Counted from the first letter of the stretch, positions 41,031-50,981 are shown. The stretch is DNA of 64,000 nt from Nitrospiraceae bacterium (GCA_052387595.1 JBQTJA010000027.1:11772-75771), one strand, 5' to 3'. The notes: a model not told the origin generated them from the letters alone. A program made the numbers and translations.

Positions 41031-41894
41031 TTAAGTCTGAGTTTCTTGTCTTCCACCCGCCATGAACACATGCATATCATTGATGAGGGAAAGGAGATCC
41101 TGCGCACACCGTTGGAGTGTCGTCGCATGCTCACGCTGGCCGGGACTCAGAGGACTATCCAGCAGAAGCTGCACTTTCCTGACGAGTTCATTCATCGGGG
41201 TCAGAATTTCATGGCTCATAATCGCGAGAAATTCTTCCTTCTGACGGAAGGTCGCCTCAAGATCATTCCCAGGAGGAGCTGGCAGTCTGTCTGCAGCCCG
41301 ACTGACAATATTTGCCTGCAGACGCTCATTCGCATCCCGCAACTCGGCTGTTCGTTGGCTCACGCTGAACGCGAGACTATCAATCTGCAACTTGACGGAG
41401 CGTGCCAGATTCCATTTCTTCGTCAGCGCGTTCGCGAGTTGAACAACCTCGATGCTGTTGAACGGTTTCATCAGGACCAGCAGCTTGTCGGTGTCTCCGA
41501 TACGGCGACTCACATCTTCCCATGGATGATCAGAATACGCGGAACAAATCACGATTTGGATCTCAGGATCGGCATACCACAGATGCTCGATGGTCTCGAG
41601 TCCATCCCATCCCGGCGGCATCCGCATGTCCACAAATGCCACCGCATACGGATTCCCGATCTGATAAGCATTCTGAGCCAGATCAAACCCCTCTCGCCCC
41701 TGGCTCGCGAAATCCAGCTCATAGCGTATTAGTGATGGCAGGGTTGGAACCTCTCCAAGCAAGGCTGCCCGAGCTTGTGCCAATGAATCGGAATCGGCCG
41801 GCGGCATCAGGATCTTACGGAAATCTTCATGGATATTACCGTTATCGTCGATGACGAGAATGCGCCGATTGTCGGTAGCCTGATCGCTGTTCAT
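41031..41894 (-). CDS. REC protein with a degenerate HisKA and no ATPase domain
   Basis: [13 protein letters not shown] and SHEILTPMNELV; ends right after the dimerisation helices. Start MNSDQ overlaps the upstream stop. Confidence 0.75.
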   Translation of the reverse strand: MNSDQATDNRRILVIDDNGNIHEDFRKILMPPADSDSLAQARAALLGEVPTLPSLIRYELDFASQGREGFDLAQNAYQIGNPYAVAFVDMRMPPGWDGLETIEHLWYADPEIQIVICSAYSDHPWEDVSRRIGDTDKLLVLMKPFNSIEVVQLANALTKKWNLARSVKLQIDSLAFSVSQRTAELRDANERLQANIVSRAADRLPAPPGNDLEATFRQKEEFLAIMSHEILTPMNELVRKVQLLLDSPLSPGQREHATTLQRCAQDLLSLINDMHVFMAGGRQETQT

Positions 41895-43801
41895 GCTGCG
41901 GCTTTCACCACGACCAACGGGAGTTCCAGAGTGAACGTCGCGCCACACCCCTCGCCCGCACTCTGCCCGTGCAACGTTCCGCCAAGATTTTTGGCAACAA
42001 TGGCCGCGCTATGGAGCCCAAGTCCATGACCGGCCTTTCTCGTTGTAAAGCCTTGTGCAAACAGCCGAGGGAGATGCTCCGGTTTGACCCCGATGCCAGT
42101 ATCGATCACCTCAAATTGAGTAAAGGCCTTAGCGGGAAGCACTCCGGTGCGCAGAGTGAGACGGCGGGTGCCCCCCGAGTGTTCCACCATGGCGTTTTTC
42201 GCGTTGGTGATCAGGTTGACCAATACCTGCAAGACTTGGTGTCGATCGGTCATCATCATAGGGACTGGACTGTATTCCCGTACGATTTGGATGTGGTATT
42301 TCTCCGGCTCGGGGAGCGCCATCACGACCGCCTGTTCCATTAAATCTTCAGCGGACGCAGGCTCACGGATATTCCCTGCGCGGGCAATATCTTGCTGTGA
42401 CATGATCACTTGCTTGATGTGATCGACCTTTTTCACAAGCGAGTCGAGCTCACCTTGAATCGTCTGATGGCTTCCACTCAGAGACTCGGCCACCAACCCC
42501 AGATACGACGGGATCTGCTTGCCCTTCGGATCGACCGTCAAGAATTCTTGTAGATTGCCCTGATGCTCGTTGAACATCGATGCGATCCGACAGACATCGC
42601 CCACCATCGGCTTTTTAAGCGTTTTGAGTAGCGTATCCGTCGACACATTAATGCTATTGAGAACGTTCCCGACATTATGAAGGACACTGGACGCCACATC
42701 CGCCATACCCGCTTGGCGCGAGGCATTCATGAGTTGCTGGTACAGCCTTTCCTTTTCCGCCTCAGCTTTTTTCCGCTGATCCATCTCGACGTGCAAATTC
42801 GTATTCGTGGCCTCGAGTTCCTGATTCTTCTGTATAATTTGGACACGTGATGCTTCTAATTCACTGTTCGCATCCTTGAGTTGAGAATTGGCTCGGTCCA
42901 GTTCGGTGACGTCGTGAAACGAGACAAGCGCCCCCCTGACAGTGGACCCGTCGTCCATAATCGGGACCGTATTGACGATGAATTTTCGCTGTTCCCCATC
43001 GGAGAGATTCATAGTGAGCGGAATATTGTCGAGAGACTGCCGGTCCATGATGGCCCTGGTCCACGGATACACCATGAGCAAATCCGTCGGAGTCACCGAC
43101 TTCCAGCCAAGCGTCCCGAGATCGGAGCCAATCAACGCTGTCACAGGCTTATTCACAGCGCGACTGAACGAATCGTTTGCGAGGACGATCAGGTCTCGCG
43201 TATCGATCATCACCACGCCTTGCGTCAGAGCATCGAGCGCCGCTTTCACACGTGTCGGAACAATGCCGGAGGGATCGAGCTGACGGAGCGTGCGCTTCAT
43301 GAAAAAGAGGTAGCCGATAAACCCCATTACACTCACAAACGCGAGGAAGCGTATCCATGGATCGGAAAGAAAGCGGTCTATTCCTGAGCCTTCAGATTCA
43401 CGAAACGCCAATTGGAGCACACCCCACGCTTGATCTCCGGAAAAGATAGGGACTTGAAGGAATTGAAGCGTCGATTGGTCACCCGGCGGCTGAACCCAAA
43501 CCTGTGCATGCGCGCCAACTTGTGCAACGATGCTGCCGTCTTGTTGAAGGAGCGCCAGTGACGAGATTTCGCGATTCCGCTTGGCCAGCGTCTCCATGGC
43601 AAATTGAATCGTTTCAATCTGATTCCGCTCCGCTAATGCGGAGTATTGAACAGCCAGGGCTTCGGCTAAATCGCGACGATATTCGAAGACCTGGCGATCA
43701 TGATTGGGCACGAGATCAACAAGTGAATAGCCGACCAGCATCACGCTGATCGTCAAGCTGACCAAGCCGAGACTGATCCAGACTAAGGGGGTCACTTTCA
43801 T
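41891..43801 (-). CDS. Membrane-bound PAS sensor histidine kinase
   Basis: Two TM segments, PAS, H-box VLHNVGNVLN, NLITNA, DTGIG and GHGLGL. Confidence 0.92.
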   Translation of the reverse strand: MKVTPLVWISLGLVSLTISVMLVGYSLVDLVPNHDRQVFEYRRDLAEALAVQYSALAERNQIETIQFAMETLAKRNREISSLALLQQDGSIVAQVGAHAQVWVQPPGDQSTLQFLQVPIFSGDQAWGVLQLAFRESEGSGIDRFLSDPWIRFLAFVSVMGFIGYLFFMKRTLRQLDPSGIVPTRVKAALDALTQGVVMIDTRDLIVLANDSFSRAVNKPVTALIGSDLGTLGWKSVTPTDLLMVYPWTRAIMDRQSLDNIPLTMNLSDGEQRKFIVNTVPIMDDGSTVRGALVSFHDVTELDRANSQLKDANSELEASRVQIIQKNQELEATNTNLHVEMDQRKKAEAEKERLYQQLMNASRQAGMADVASSVLHNVGNVLNSINVSTDTLLKTLKKPMVGDVCRIASMFNEHQGNLQEFLTVDPKGKQIPSYLGLVAESLSGSHQTIQGELDSLVKKVDHIKQVIMSQQDIARAGNIREPASAEDLMEQAVVMALPEPEKYHIQIVREYSPVPMMMTDRHQVLQVLVNLITNAKNAMVEHSGGTRRLTLRTGVLPAKAFTQFEVIDTGIGVKPEHLPRLFAQGFTTRKAGHGLGLHSAAIVAKNLGGTLHGQSAGEGCGATFTLELPLVVVKAAA

Positions 43802-43823
43802 GACTGAGTTCCGTTCATGGGTC

Positions 43824-45020
43824 TCACTTTGGGCTGTGTGTTCCGTGATCCGAGGATTTCAAGAATCGATCTAAACCACGGAACTGCCGCTTCTCCTGCT
43901 CATCGTCTTCACGCATCTTGCGGTTTCGCTTCCGGTGGGTGAGTAGTCGCCCCCTCCAGTACAGGCAGCGGATCAAAATGTCTCCATGCTGGCATCGAAA
44001 CGAGGAAACTCTCAACCAGAGCGCCCCCGCGCCGAATCCAGGCGACGAAGCCGGCGAATACGGCCATCTCCGAGTATGAGGCGACTTGCCCGATGAGCTG
44101 AGCTTTATGTTCCCGCTCCTGCACACCGCGCTCAAGATCGTTGGCCAACTTGGTCAAACGCTCGACAAGTTTGTGACCAACGGCACGGATCTTTTTCCCT
44201 AGCGGTGAAAGCGGCTCAGCCGACACTTTTGCTTGCTCCTGAACAACGGTATTCGGTTGCTCTACCCTCACAAACGTCTGATTCGCCATCACAACTCTTG
44301 GCGCCGGATCTTCAATCCCTCTGACTCCCGACACATTTGTGATCAGTGCCTCCGTACTTATCGGCAGGAAAGGCAGTTGTATTGAAGGCGAGGCTATACC
44401 ACCGCCGGTCCCGGAGCCGGAGCCTCCAGAACCTCCGATTCCACCCCCGTCACTGACCGTGGACGTGAAACTCTCGCTCGTAACGGCAGCGCTACCCCAT
44501 GGGTGAATACCACGCGTCCGGCATCGATATTTGCTTGCGTAAAGATCGTGATTGATCGCCACGCCGGTAGACATCGTCAGCTCAGTCGCCCATTGAGGAG
44601 AGCAGCGGTCACGGTATAGGTCAACTGCCCAGGCGTGTTATCTACATCTGCAATCTGAAGTTCTGCATTGATGATCACATCTATTCCACTACAAACCACC
44701 GTCGAGCCAGTATTGGCCGCCACCAGCGCATCATTCACCGCCGCCATCGTGATCGCCAAGGTATCCACATCGGTCCCGCTATTTGTATCGGTACTGGTGA
44801 TGGTCAGCGTGTCCGGCCCGGCATAATTCAAGGTGCCCTGGTAGCTCAGCGTCGCCAAGGTTGCGTTGATCTGCGCCTGCGTCCCGGAAAGCGTGAGGGT
44901 CTTCTTGCCGTTCGCCCCCGCACTGATCGCCACGCCCCCAGCCAGGCTCACGGTGAGCGTACCCTTCGTCGGGACCAACTGCGTCGTGCTCAGGTTGCTA
45001 TCCACGTCCGTGACGCTCAC
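43824..45020 (-). pseudogene. Relic of the 3' end of a large cadherin/Ig-repeat surface protein
   Basis: TLTLSGTQAQINATL...GPDTLTITSTD...AAVNDA; split-frame FTQANIDAGRVVFTH-GSAAVTSESFTSTVSDGGG; terminal GFVAWIRRGG...SMPAWRHFDPLPVL. Frameshifts near 44580, 44550, 44490 and 43950-54. The 5' part is absent. Confidence 0.8.
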
Positions 45021-45663
45021 GCCGTGTCTTCAATAAAGCTTTGCTGTTGCTCTTAGCTAGAGAGGCCGGACACGGTATTACGTACCTTGCTTATTGGTAG
45101 AGTACTTTGCCCTCAAGGATTGTCATCACTTTTCCGCTTTCTCGCTTTGTCACATTCCCCTTTGCGGCAAAACGATTGGCGACTGTACTCACTCGTGGGT
45201 AACCGAATATGAAGCGAGATTCGGAACGTGACATGACGGCCAGATCACAAACCAATGCGGTATAGAGGCAAGATTGCGCCCGTTTACTTGGACGATCCAC
45301 CCTGCTTTAATAGCCTCTTCCACGTAGACGAATACTGCCAGACGATGACCGAGCTGCGGCATCACACAGGGGACGGAACCGACGGCTTCCACCCTTTTAG
45401 GGTTGCCTGCACAATGTTCGCGCAACAGCTGAATGGACATGGCTGATCTGGGGCAATTGAGCCTACGAATCTTCATCATCGCGATTGACTCTTTCTGAAA
45501 AAAACACACTTGTGCATTTTTAGATACAGTTATATTTTAAGACGTGTCGTATATTGCATTGCAATTACAATATCTTACATATATCAAGTGCGGGCACATG
45601 AATTGCTTAGCTGTAAGACGGGATGATCGTGTTTAAGCTTTTGTCTCTATTAAGGGAGGACTT

Positions 45664-46593
45664 GTGCGCAATCAACAAACTTTGGCATCGGCAGTAACCT
45701 GCTCTGGTGTGGGACTCCACTCTGGCCAATCGGCGTCGATTACGCTGCGGCCCGCCCCCCCTGACACCGGCGTGGTTTTTGTCAATCGCAAGACGAACGT
45801 TGATGCGCATCTTTCGGCCTCCATTAGACATCGTGTCCCAACAGAATTGTGCACAGCCATCAGCGGCAATGGGTTCCAAGTTCAGACCATTGAGCATCTG
45901 CTCTCGGCGCTGTCAGGCCTTCATGTTGACAATGTCTTCGTCGATGTATCGGCAAGCGAAGTTCCTGTCATGGATGGAAGCGCTGCTCCCTTCGTCCGGC
46001 TAATTCAATCCGTTGGTATTGTCCCCCAGAATCGGAAGCAGGCATTTCTTAAGATTATGGCACCGATCGAAGTGGCCGAGGGTTCGAAGCGTGTTCGGAT
46101 CGAACCGTCCCCCACCCCGAGGATCACCTACTCCATTCACTATGAACATCCTTTGATCAACACGCAGACCTATGCCTATGATTGCTCCGCCAGTGCGTTT
46201 GAGAATGAGATCGCCGAAGCCAGGACATTTGGGTTTCTGTACGAAGTCCAAGCCTTGTGGGCTCGCGGGCTCGGCAAAGGCGGAACCCTGGATAACACCA
46301 TTGTCCTGTCGGATGACGGGGTCATCAACGAATCCGGCCTCCGATTCGACGATGAGTTTGTTCGCCACAAAATCCTTGATCTGATCGGGGACTTTTCTCT
46401 TATGGGGATGCCCTTCATCGGTCACATCGTTGCAGACCGGTCAGGACATGCACTCCACACGCGGTTGGTCCAGCAGATCCTGACGCAGCCAGAGAAGTGG
46501 GTGCTTCTCAACGCAGACCCCTCAGGAGAAGGGAAGCGATCGATGGCACACGCGCTTCACCTTCATCCAGCTGTCGCACTTCAGGCGTCTTAG
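45664..46593 (+). CDS. lpxC: UDP-3-O-acyl-N-acetylglucosamine deacetylase
   Basis: GVGLHSG, TIEHLLSAL, PVMDGSA, ARTFG and HKILDLIGD. Confidence 0.96.
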   Translation: MRNQQTLASAVTCSGVGLHSGQSASITLRPAPPDTGVVFVNRKTNVDAHLSASIRHRVPTELCTAISGNGFQVQTIEHLLSALSGLHVDNVFVDVSASEVPVMDGSAAPFVRLIQSVGIVPQNRKQAFLKIMAPIEVAEGSKRVRIEPSPTPRITYSIHYEHPLINTQTYAYDCSASAFENEIAEARTFGFLYEVQALWARGLGKGGTLDNTIVLSDDGVINESGLRFDDEFVRHKILDLIGDFSLMGMPFIGHIVADRSGHALHTRLVQQILTQPEKWVLLNADPSGEGKRSMAHALHLHPAVALQAS

Positions 46594-46675
46594 CAGTCTG
46601 CAGAGATTGCTATCTGGCTGATTGCGGATCTTCTGGCAGGACGCGCTCTTTATTCCAACACATCGCAGTGTGGTA

Positions 46676-46705
46676 CGCCGGGAGTGAGTGGCCTCACCCC
46701 CGGCG
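46676..46705 (-). terminator. 13-bp GC-rich hairpin downstream of the micro-ORF
   Basis: On minus: CGCCGGG-G-GUGAG(GCCA)CUCAC-U-CCCGGCG. The internal G-U wobble works only on the minus strand. No clear U-tract. Confidence 0.55.
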
Positions 46706-46725
46706 CATCACATTAATAGCGGGGA

Positions 46726-46764
46726 TTACTTCTTCTTCTTCTTTGCTGCTTTCTTTGTCGCCAA
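46726..46764 (-). CDS. Candidate 12-aa Lys-rich micro-peptide MATKKAAKKKKK
   Basis: AAGGGGGGTGAG-ACTC-TTG GCG ACA AAG AAA GCA GCA (AAG)5 TAA. Confidence 0.55.
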   Translation of the reverse strand: MATKKAAKKKKK

Positions 46765-46812
46765 GAGTCTCACCCCCCTTCGCCGTATCACGTTAGGCCC
46801 GTTAACTGATCA

Positions 46813-47334
46813 CTACACCGCCTGAATCAACATATCGTCTAACGCCTCGAACGTGTTGGGACCGACTTTCCTAAACCGCTTGTCCCGCTTGAGCGACGTG
46901 GCAATCGATGTCAGCGGTGTTTTCCCTTTGATCTGCAACCCGCCTTCGATGAGGCGCTGTACCAATTCCTTTGCATGCATGGAGCGATTTGATTCACGGA
47001 GGATCTCATAGGCCGCCTGTGGAACGCTTTTCCCAACGTACTTACTTCGGCCAAGCAAAATCTCTCGTGATTGATCGGTCACGTCCATGACCTGTGGAGA
47101 CCGAATACCCTTGGAGTCGTCTGCGGGAATAATTTGGTTGGAGAGACTGGCAAGCTTGGCCTTGTCGGCCTCGACACGGTAGAGAGTTTCTGCAAGTTCG
47201 AGATACTTCTTAATCGTCGCAATTTCGTCATCCAACCGACGACGCTTCTTCTCCAGGTCCTGGAACCGACTCTTGTAGGCGTTAATCCGTTGTTCCAGCC
47301 CAACGAGAATGTCTCTTAATTCCTCCACAAGCAC
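46813..47334 (-). CDS. Coiled-coil plus winged-HTH (HARE-HTH-like) protein
   Basis: N-terminal heptad coiled coil. C-terminal AAYEILRESNRSMHAKELVQRL...GKTPLTSIATSL...RFRKVGPNTF. Confidence 0.8.
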   Translation of the reverse strand: MLVEELRDILVGLEQRINAYKSRFQDLEKKRRRLDDEIATIKKYLELAETLYRVEADKAKLASLSNQIIPADDSKGIRSPQVMDVTDQSREILLGRSKYVGKSVPQAAYEILRESNRSMHAKELVQRLIEGGLQIKGKTPLTSIATSLKRDKRFRKVGPNTFEALDDMLIQAV

Positions 47335-47512
47335 CCCTCGTAAAGCATGCTTGCTTTATAGCATTGCTTCTAATCTCTGTCAAGTTTCTTGATTCAAATA
47401 ATATGTTCGCTCAATAAACATACTCTTGCACACATGTAATCCTTGCCTGTGCATTGTAGGGAAGGCTTGTTTCTGTGAAAAGCACCGTTACCCGCTCGAT
47501 TACACGCAGGGC

Positions 47513-48343
47513 ATGCTACAATCCGGCGTGCCGATTCTTTATGACCACCCGTCCCACGACATCCTACTCGACACGGCGATTGCCGCCGGCAAAGAAGCGG
47601 GCGCCCTCCTCCGGACCTATGCGAGTTCTGGGTTCCGCATCGAGTATAAGAATCCAATCAATCTAGTGACGGACGCGGACCGTGCCGCTGAACAATGTGT
47701 CATCGACCATATCCGGGCTCGCTTTCCCACCCATCGATTCTTGGCCGAGGAGCGTGGCCGTATTGAGGAGGTCCCGTCACCCTATCTCTGGGTCATCGAC
47801 CCACTCGATGGCACCACGAATTTTGCTCACGGCTACCCCGCCTACTGCGTCTCTATCGGCCTTGAGTATGAGGGGCGCTGTATTCTTGGCGTGATTGTTG
47901 ACCCCTCGCGGGACGAACTCTTCACGGCCATTGAACATCGTGGCGCTCAGTTAAACGGTCATCCCATCCACGTATCCAAGACGGCGACACTCAACAGCAG
48001 CCTGCTGGTGACAGGCTTCGCGTACGACATCCGAGACACACCGCGCAACAACCTGGATCATTTTGCCAAGTTTGCCATGAAGGCACAGGGACTTCGGCGA
48101 ACGGGCTCTGCGGCATTGGATCTCTGCTATGTGGCGGCAGGGCGCTTCGACGGGTTCTGGGAAGTCCAGCTCAATCCCTGGGATATGGCGGCTGGATCAG
48201 TCATTGTGAAAGAAGCCGGTGGGCGACTGACCGATTTCAGCGGAAAGGATCTCTCCATCTACGGACAAGAGCTGGTCGCGAGCAATGGACAAATCCACGA
48301 GGTCATGCTCCAGGTTCTCAAGCAAGAGGCTCCACAGACATGA
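47513..48343 (+). CDS. suhB: Inositol monophosphatase
   Basis: LVTDAD, AEE, WVIDPLDGTTNF, RRTGSAALD and WDMAAG. Start uncertain. Confidence 0.92.
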   Translation: MLQSGVPILYDHPSHDILLDTAIAAGKEAGALLRTYASSGFRIEYKNPINLVTDADRAAEQCVIDHIRARFPTHRFLAEERGRIEEVPSPYLWVIDPLDGTTNFAHGYPAYCVSIGLEYEGRCILGVIVDPSRDELFTAIEHRGAQLNGHPIHVSKTATLNSSLLVTGFAYDIRDTPRNNLDHFAKFAMKAQGLRRTGSAALDLCYVAAGRFDGFWEVQLNPWDMAAGSVIVKEAGGRLTDFSGKDLSIYGQELVASNGQIHEVMLQVLKQEAPQT

Positions 48344-48441
48344 ACGCACGAGAGAGCTGTGCCTCGTGAAGCTCCGCCACCAATGTACAACACGAGTGTA
48401 GATACGGTATGCTGTAAACATCGATCAACCGGAGTCTTCGC

Positions 48442-48723
48442 ATGGCGCGTGCCGTCCCTCCACCAGAACAACCGAACAACAGTCTTTCCGGTGATCACCC
48501 CGTTGATCCAGCCTGGGACGTGGAATTGCTCCGCGTGCTCGTCAGCCGAAAAGGGATACAAGTCGAAGCCCAATGGGCGATCCACCCTCAGTTGAAGCAG
48601 GACCTGTTACCTGCCGAATGGCAGGAAGTGAAGGATCTCATGACACAGGTGACCAACATCGTCGGCAATCGCTTCTCCGAAGCTCTGGCGAATGTCGAGC
48701 CTATCCCTCCGGGTCATGCCTGA
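48442..48723 (+). CDS. Hypothetical protein
   Basis: 93-aa ORF with protein-like composition (WDVELLRVLVSR...EWQEVKDLM), between suhB and the AhpD gene. Confidence 0.55.
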   Translation: MARAVPPPEQPNNSLSGDHPVDPAWDVELLRVLVSRKGIQVEAQWAIHPQLKQDLLPAEWQEVKDLMTQVTNIVGNRFSEALANVEPIPPGHA

Positions 48724-48782
48724 TCGCTTCATCGCGCGACTTCTTTCTTCCCCACACCATCGAATCACATGGGAGGTTCCTC

Positions 48783-49115
48783 ATGGACTCGTATTACCAT
48801 TCGCATGATCTTGGCAAGTTTGCTGACATCGGAAAGGGCAACAAAGCACTGTGGGAGAAGTTTAAGAGCTACTACGACGCGGTGTTTGTGGATGGCGCAC
48901 TGACAGAACGAGAGAAGGCGCTCATTGCATTGGCCGTCGCCCATACCGTGCAATGTCCCTACTGCATCGACGCCTACACGCAGGCGTCGCTGGAAAAGGG
49001 ATCAAATGTAGAAGAAATGACCGAGGCCGTTCATGTCGCCTGCGCTATCCGCGGCGGCGCGTCGCTCGTCCACGGCGTCCAGATGCGCAACGTGGCCGAG
49101 AAGCTGTCGATGTAG
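48783..49115 (+). CDS. AhpD/carboxymuconolactone-decarboxylase-family peroxidase-like protein
   Basis: ALTEREKALIALAVAHTVQCPYCIDAY (CxxC). GGGAGG SD before MDSYY. Confidence 0.9.
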   Translation: MDSYYHSHDLGKFADIGKGNKALWEKFKSYYDAVFVDGALTEREKALIALAVAHTVQCPYCIDAYTQASLEKGSNVEEMTEAVHVACAIRGGASLVHGVQMRNVAEKLSM

Positions 49116-49130
49116 TCTGCTTAAGGAGAA

Positions 49131-50981
49131 TCAGAGATAGGGATTCTCCGGAATCGCCAGGGTGAAATACTTCCCCCGCTCTTCGTACAAGACCCGCTGT
49201 GCTGTGAGATCGTTGAGGATGGGTAAGAGCACTACATCGTCACAATCAGCTCGACCCGACACGGCCGCTTGAATCTGCACAGTGCTCATCGCTGACTCGT
49301 TGCAGATCTCAATCACCAGCGCGGCAAATCCCTCGTACCGTCGTCGAATCAGCGCCTTCGGATTGCGGCCATCGTAGATGGTCACATAGTTCGGTGCCTT
49401 TGAGTAATACAGAAACGGCCGATCCCCCGACTTATGCATTCGCTGCCAGCCTTCGATTGCAGCAACGAGATCTTGATACAGATGCGGATCAACCGGCCAG
49501 TTGTCGAGTTCATACTCAAAATCGTAGGCGATCTTTTTTAGATCGACCTGCCGTGCGTCGTAGACATATTCGTAGGCCATCCCCGGCCCGGTAATGCGGA
49601 CTCCATATTCATGCGGCCTGGTGAAGTAGGGGCTGAAGCGCTGGAGCCAGAATTTACCGGTCGCTTCCGGCGGCTGCAGGTGAAGCAGGGAGGGAATCAG
49701 ATCGAGCTGACGCTGATAGTCTTCGTTGGCCTCGCCTGGAAATCCCAGCAAAATATTCCATGACACCATCACGTGATAGTAGAGGCTCCACTTGAGGCAG
49801 ACGATGTTCTGCATCGGCGTGACGCCCTTGTCCATGGCGCGCAGCTGATTGAGGCTCAGGCTTTCCAAGCCTGGCTGCATACACTTCACCCCGCCGGCGG
49901 CTAAGGTCTTGATCTGGCGTTTCTGTAGATTGCTCTTGGTTTCGATAAAGACATCTAGGTCGCAATGGTCCTCGGCCAGCTTGCCGAAGAGATTGTCGAT
50001 ATAGGCCATGTCGATGATGTTATCGACAAGACGGAATCGCACGGCATCGTAGCGCTGTGAGAGGCCGGCGATTTCTTTTAATACTTGTTGTGGCGCCTTG
50101 GCCCTGAACTTCATGCTCTGGGCATTCAATCCACAAAACGTACAGTGATGTTTCTCGCCCCACCAACAGCCACGAGAACCCTCATACAATAGGATTCGAT
50201 CGAGACCTTGCGCCGTCTGCCCGAGTTCAGCAAGTAACGTATAGTAGTCGTCATAATCGGGAGGACCGGTCTTCGCAAAATCGGAGAAGAGTGATTCATT
50301 CGGTGTGAGCATGATCTTGTCGCCCTGGCGGTACGTCACCCCATTCGGATAGCCCCCTGTTTTGCCGACCAGAACCTGGCGAACGAACGGCAAGAAACTT
50401 TCTTCTCCCTCGCCGACCACCACGTGATCGATGAAGGGGAATGCCCGGAAATGTTCAAGCCCCATCTCGCCGTCGAAGTTGGCTCCGCCGAAGACGATCG
50501 TCACGTCGGGGTACAGATCCTTGATGAGCTTGGCCATGGTGAGGCTGGCGACGTTCTGATCGAACGTCGAGGTAAACCCGACCAACTTATACTGTCCCCA
50601 ATTGATCGCGGTGAGAGCCCAAGTGAGAAATTGCGGCGCGATGCGGGTCGCCATCTCTTCGAAGTACCTGATGGGTTTACCGCACTCGTGAGACAGTTGC
50701 TCGAAAACCGGCTTGAAGATGCGAGGATACTCGGCCCGTTTTGGGTTGTCCGGAAACAGCAGGGAGGAGAACAGCCACTCGCCAAAAAGTGCGCGCTTCT
50801 CACAGATCGCTTCGTGCAACTCCACCCCAATCAGGTGAGCAAACCGGACGTTCAAGTGATGGCAATCGACAGAGATCCCATTGGACTTGAGAAGCGCAGA
50901 GAGCGTGCCGAGCTGAATCGAGGGATACTTGGCGTAGCTGAACGGCATATTGACAAGCGCAACTCTCGTTTCATCGCTCAT
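49131..50981 (-). CDS. B12-binding radical SAM protein of the RiPP-maturation (TIGR03975-like) family
   Basis: SRGCWWGEKHHCTFCGLN (CxxxCxxC), N-terminal cobalamin-type domain (FGGAN), QPGLES and SWNILLGFPGE. Confidence 0.85.
   Translation of the reverse strand: MSDETRVALVNMPFSYAKYPSIQLGTLSALLKSNGISVDCHHLNVRFAHLIGVELHEAICEKRALFGEWLFSSLLFPDNPKRAEYPRIFKPVFEQLSHECGKPIRYFEEMATRIAPQFLTWALTAINWGQYKLVGFTSTFDQNVASLTMAKLIKDLYPDVTIVFGGANFDGEMGLEHFRAFPFIDHVVVGEGEESFLPFVRQVLVGKTGGYPNGVTYRQGDKIMLTPNESLFSDFAKTGPPDYDDYYTLLAELGQTAQGLDRILLYEGSRGCWWGEKHHCTFCGLNAQSMKFRAKAPQQVLKEIAGLSQRYDAVRFRLVDNIIDMAYIDNLFGKLAEDHCDLDVFIETKSNLQKRQIKTLAAGGVKCMQPGLESLSLNQLRAMDKGVTPMQNIVCLKWSLYYHVMVSWNILLGFPGEANEDYQRQLDLIPSLLHLQPPEATGKFWLQRFSPYFTRPHEYGVRITGPGMAYEYVYDARQVDLKKIAYDFEYELDNWPVDPHLYQDLVAAIEGWQRMHKSGDRPFLYYSKAPNYVTIYDGRNPKALIRRRYEGFAALVIEICNESAMSTVQIQAAVSGRADCDDVVLLPILNDLTAQRVLYEERGKYFTLAIPENPYL

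Noticed and set aside
45060-45660. ORFs 45091..45300, 45189..45509 and 45255..45446
   Set aside because: No motifs or SDs and they overlap one another; the region looks like AT-rich promoter DNA.
46592-46800. tmRNA, SRP or 6S RNA explanation for the micro-ORF region
   Set aside because: No tRNA-like ends, the peptide lacks an Ala-rich degradation-tag terminus, and I saw no SRP or 6S hallmark.
48359-48595. 78-aa ORF overlapping 48442..48723
   Set aside because: Less protein-like than the overlapping frame; only one is likely real.
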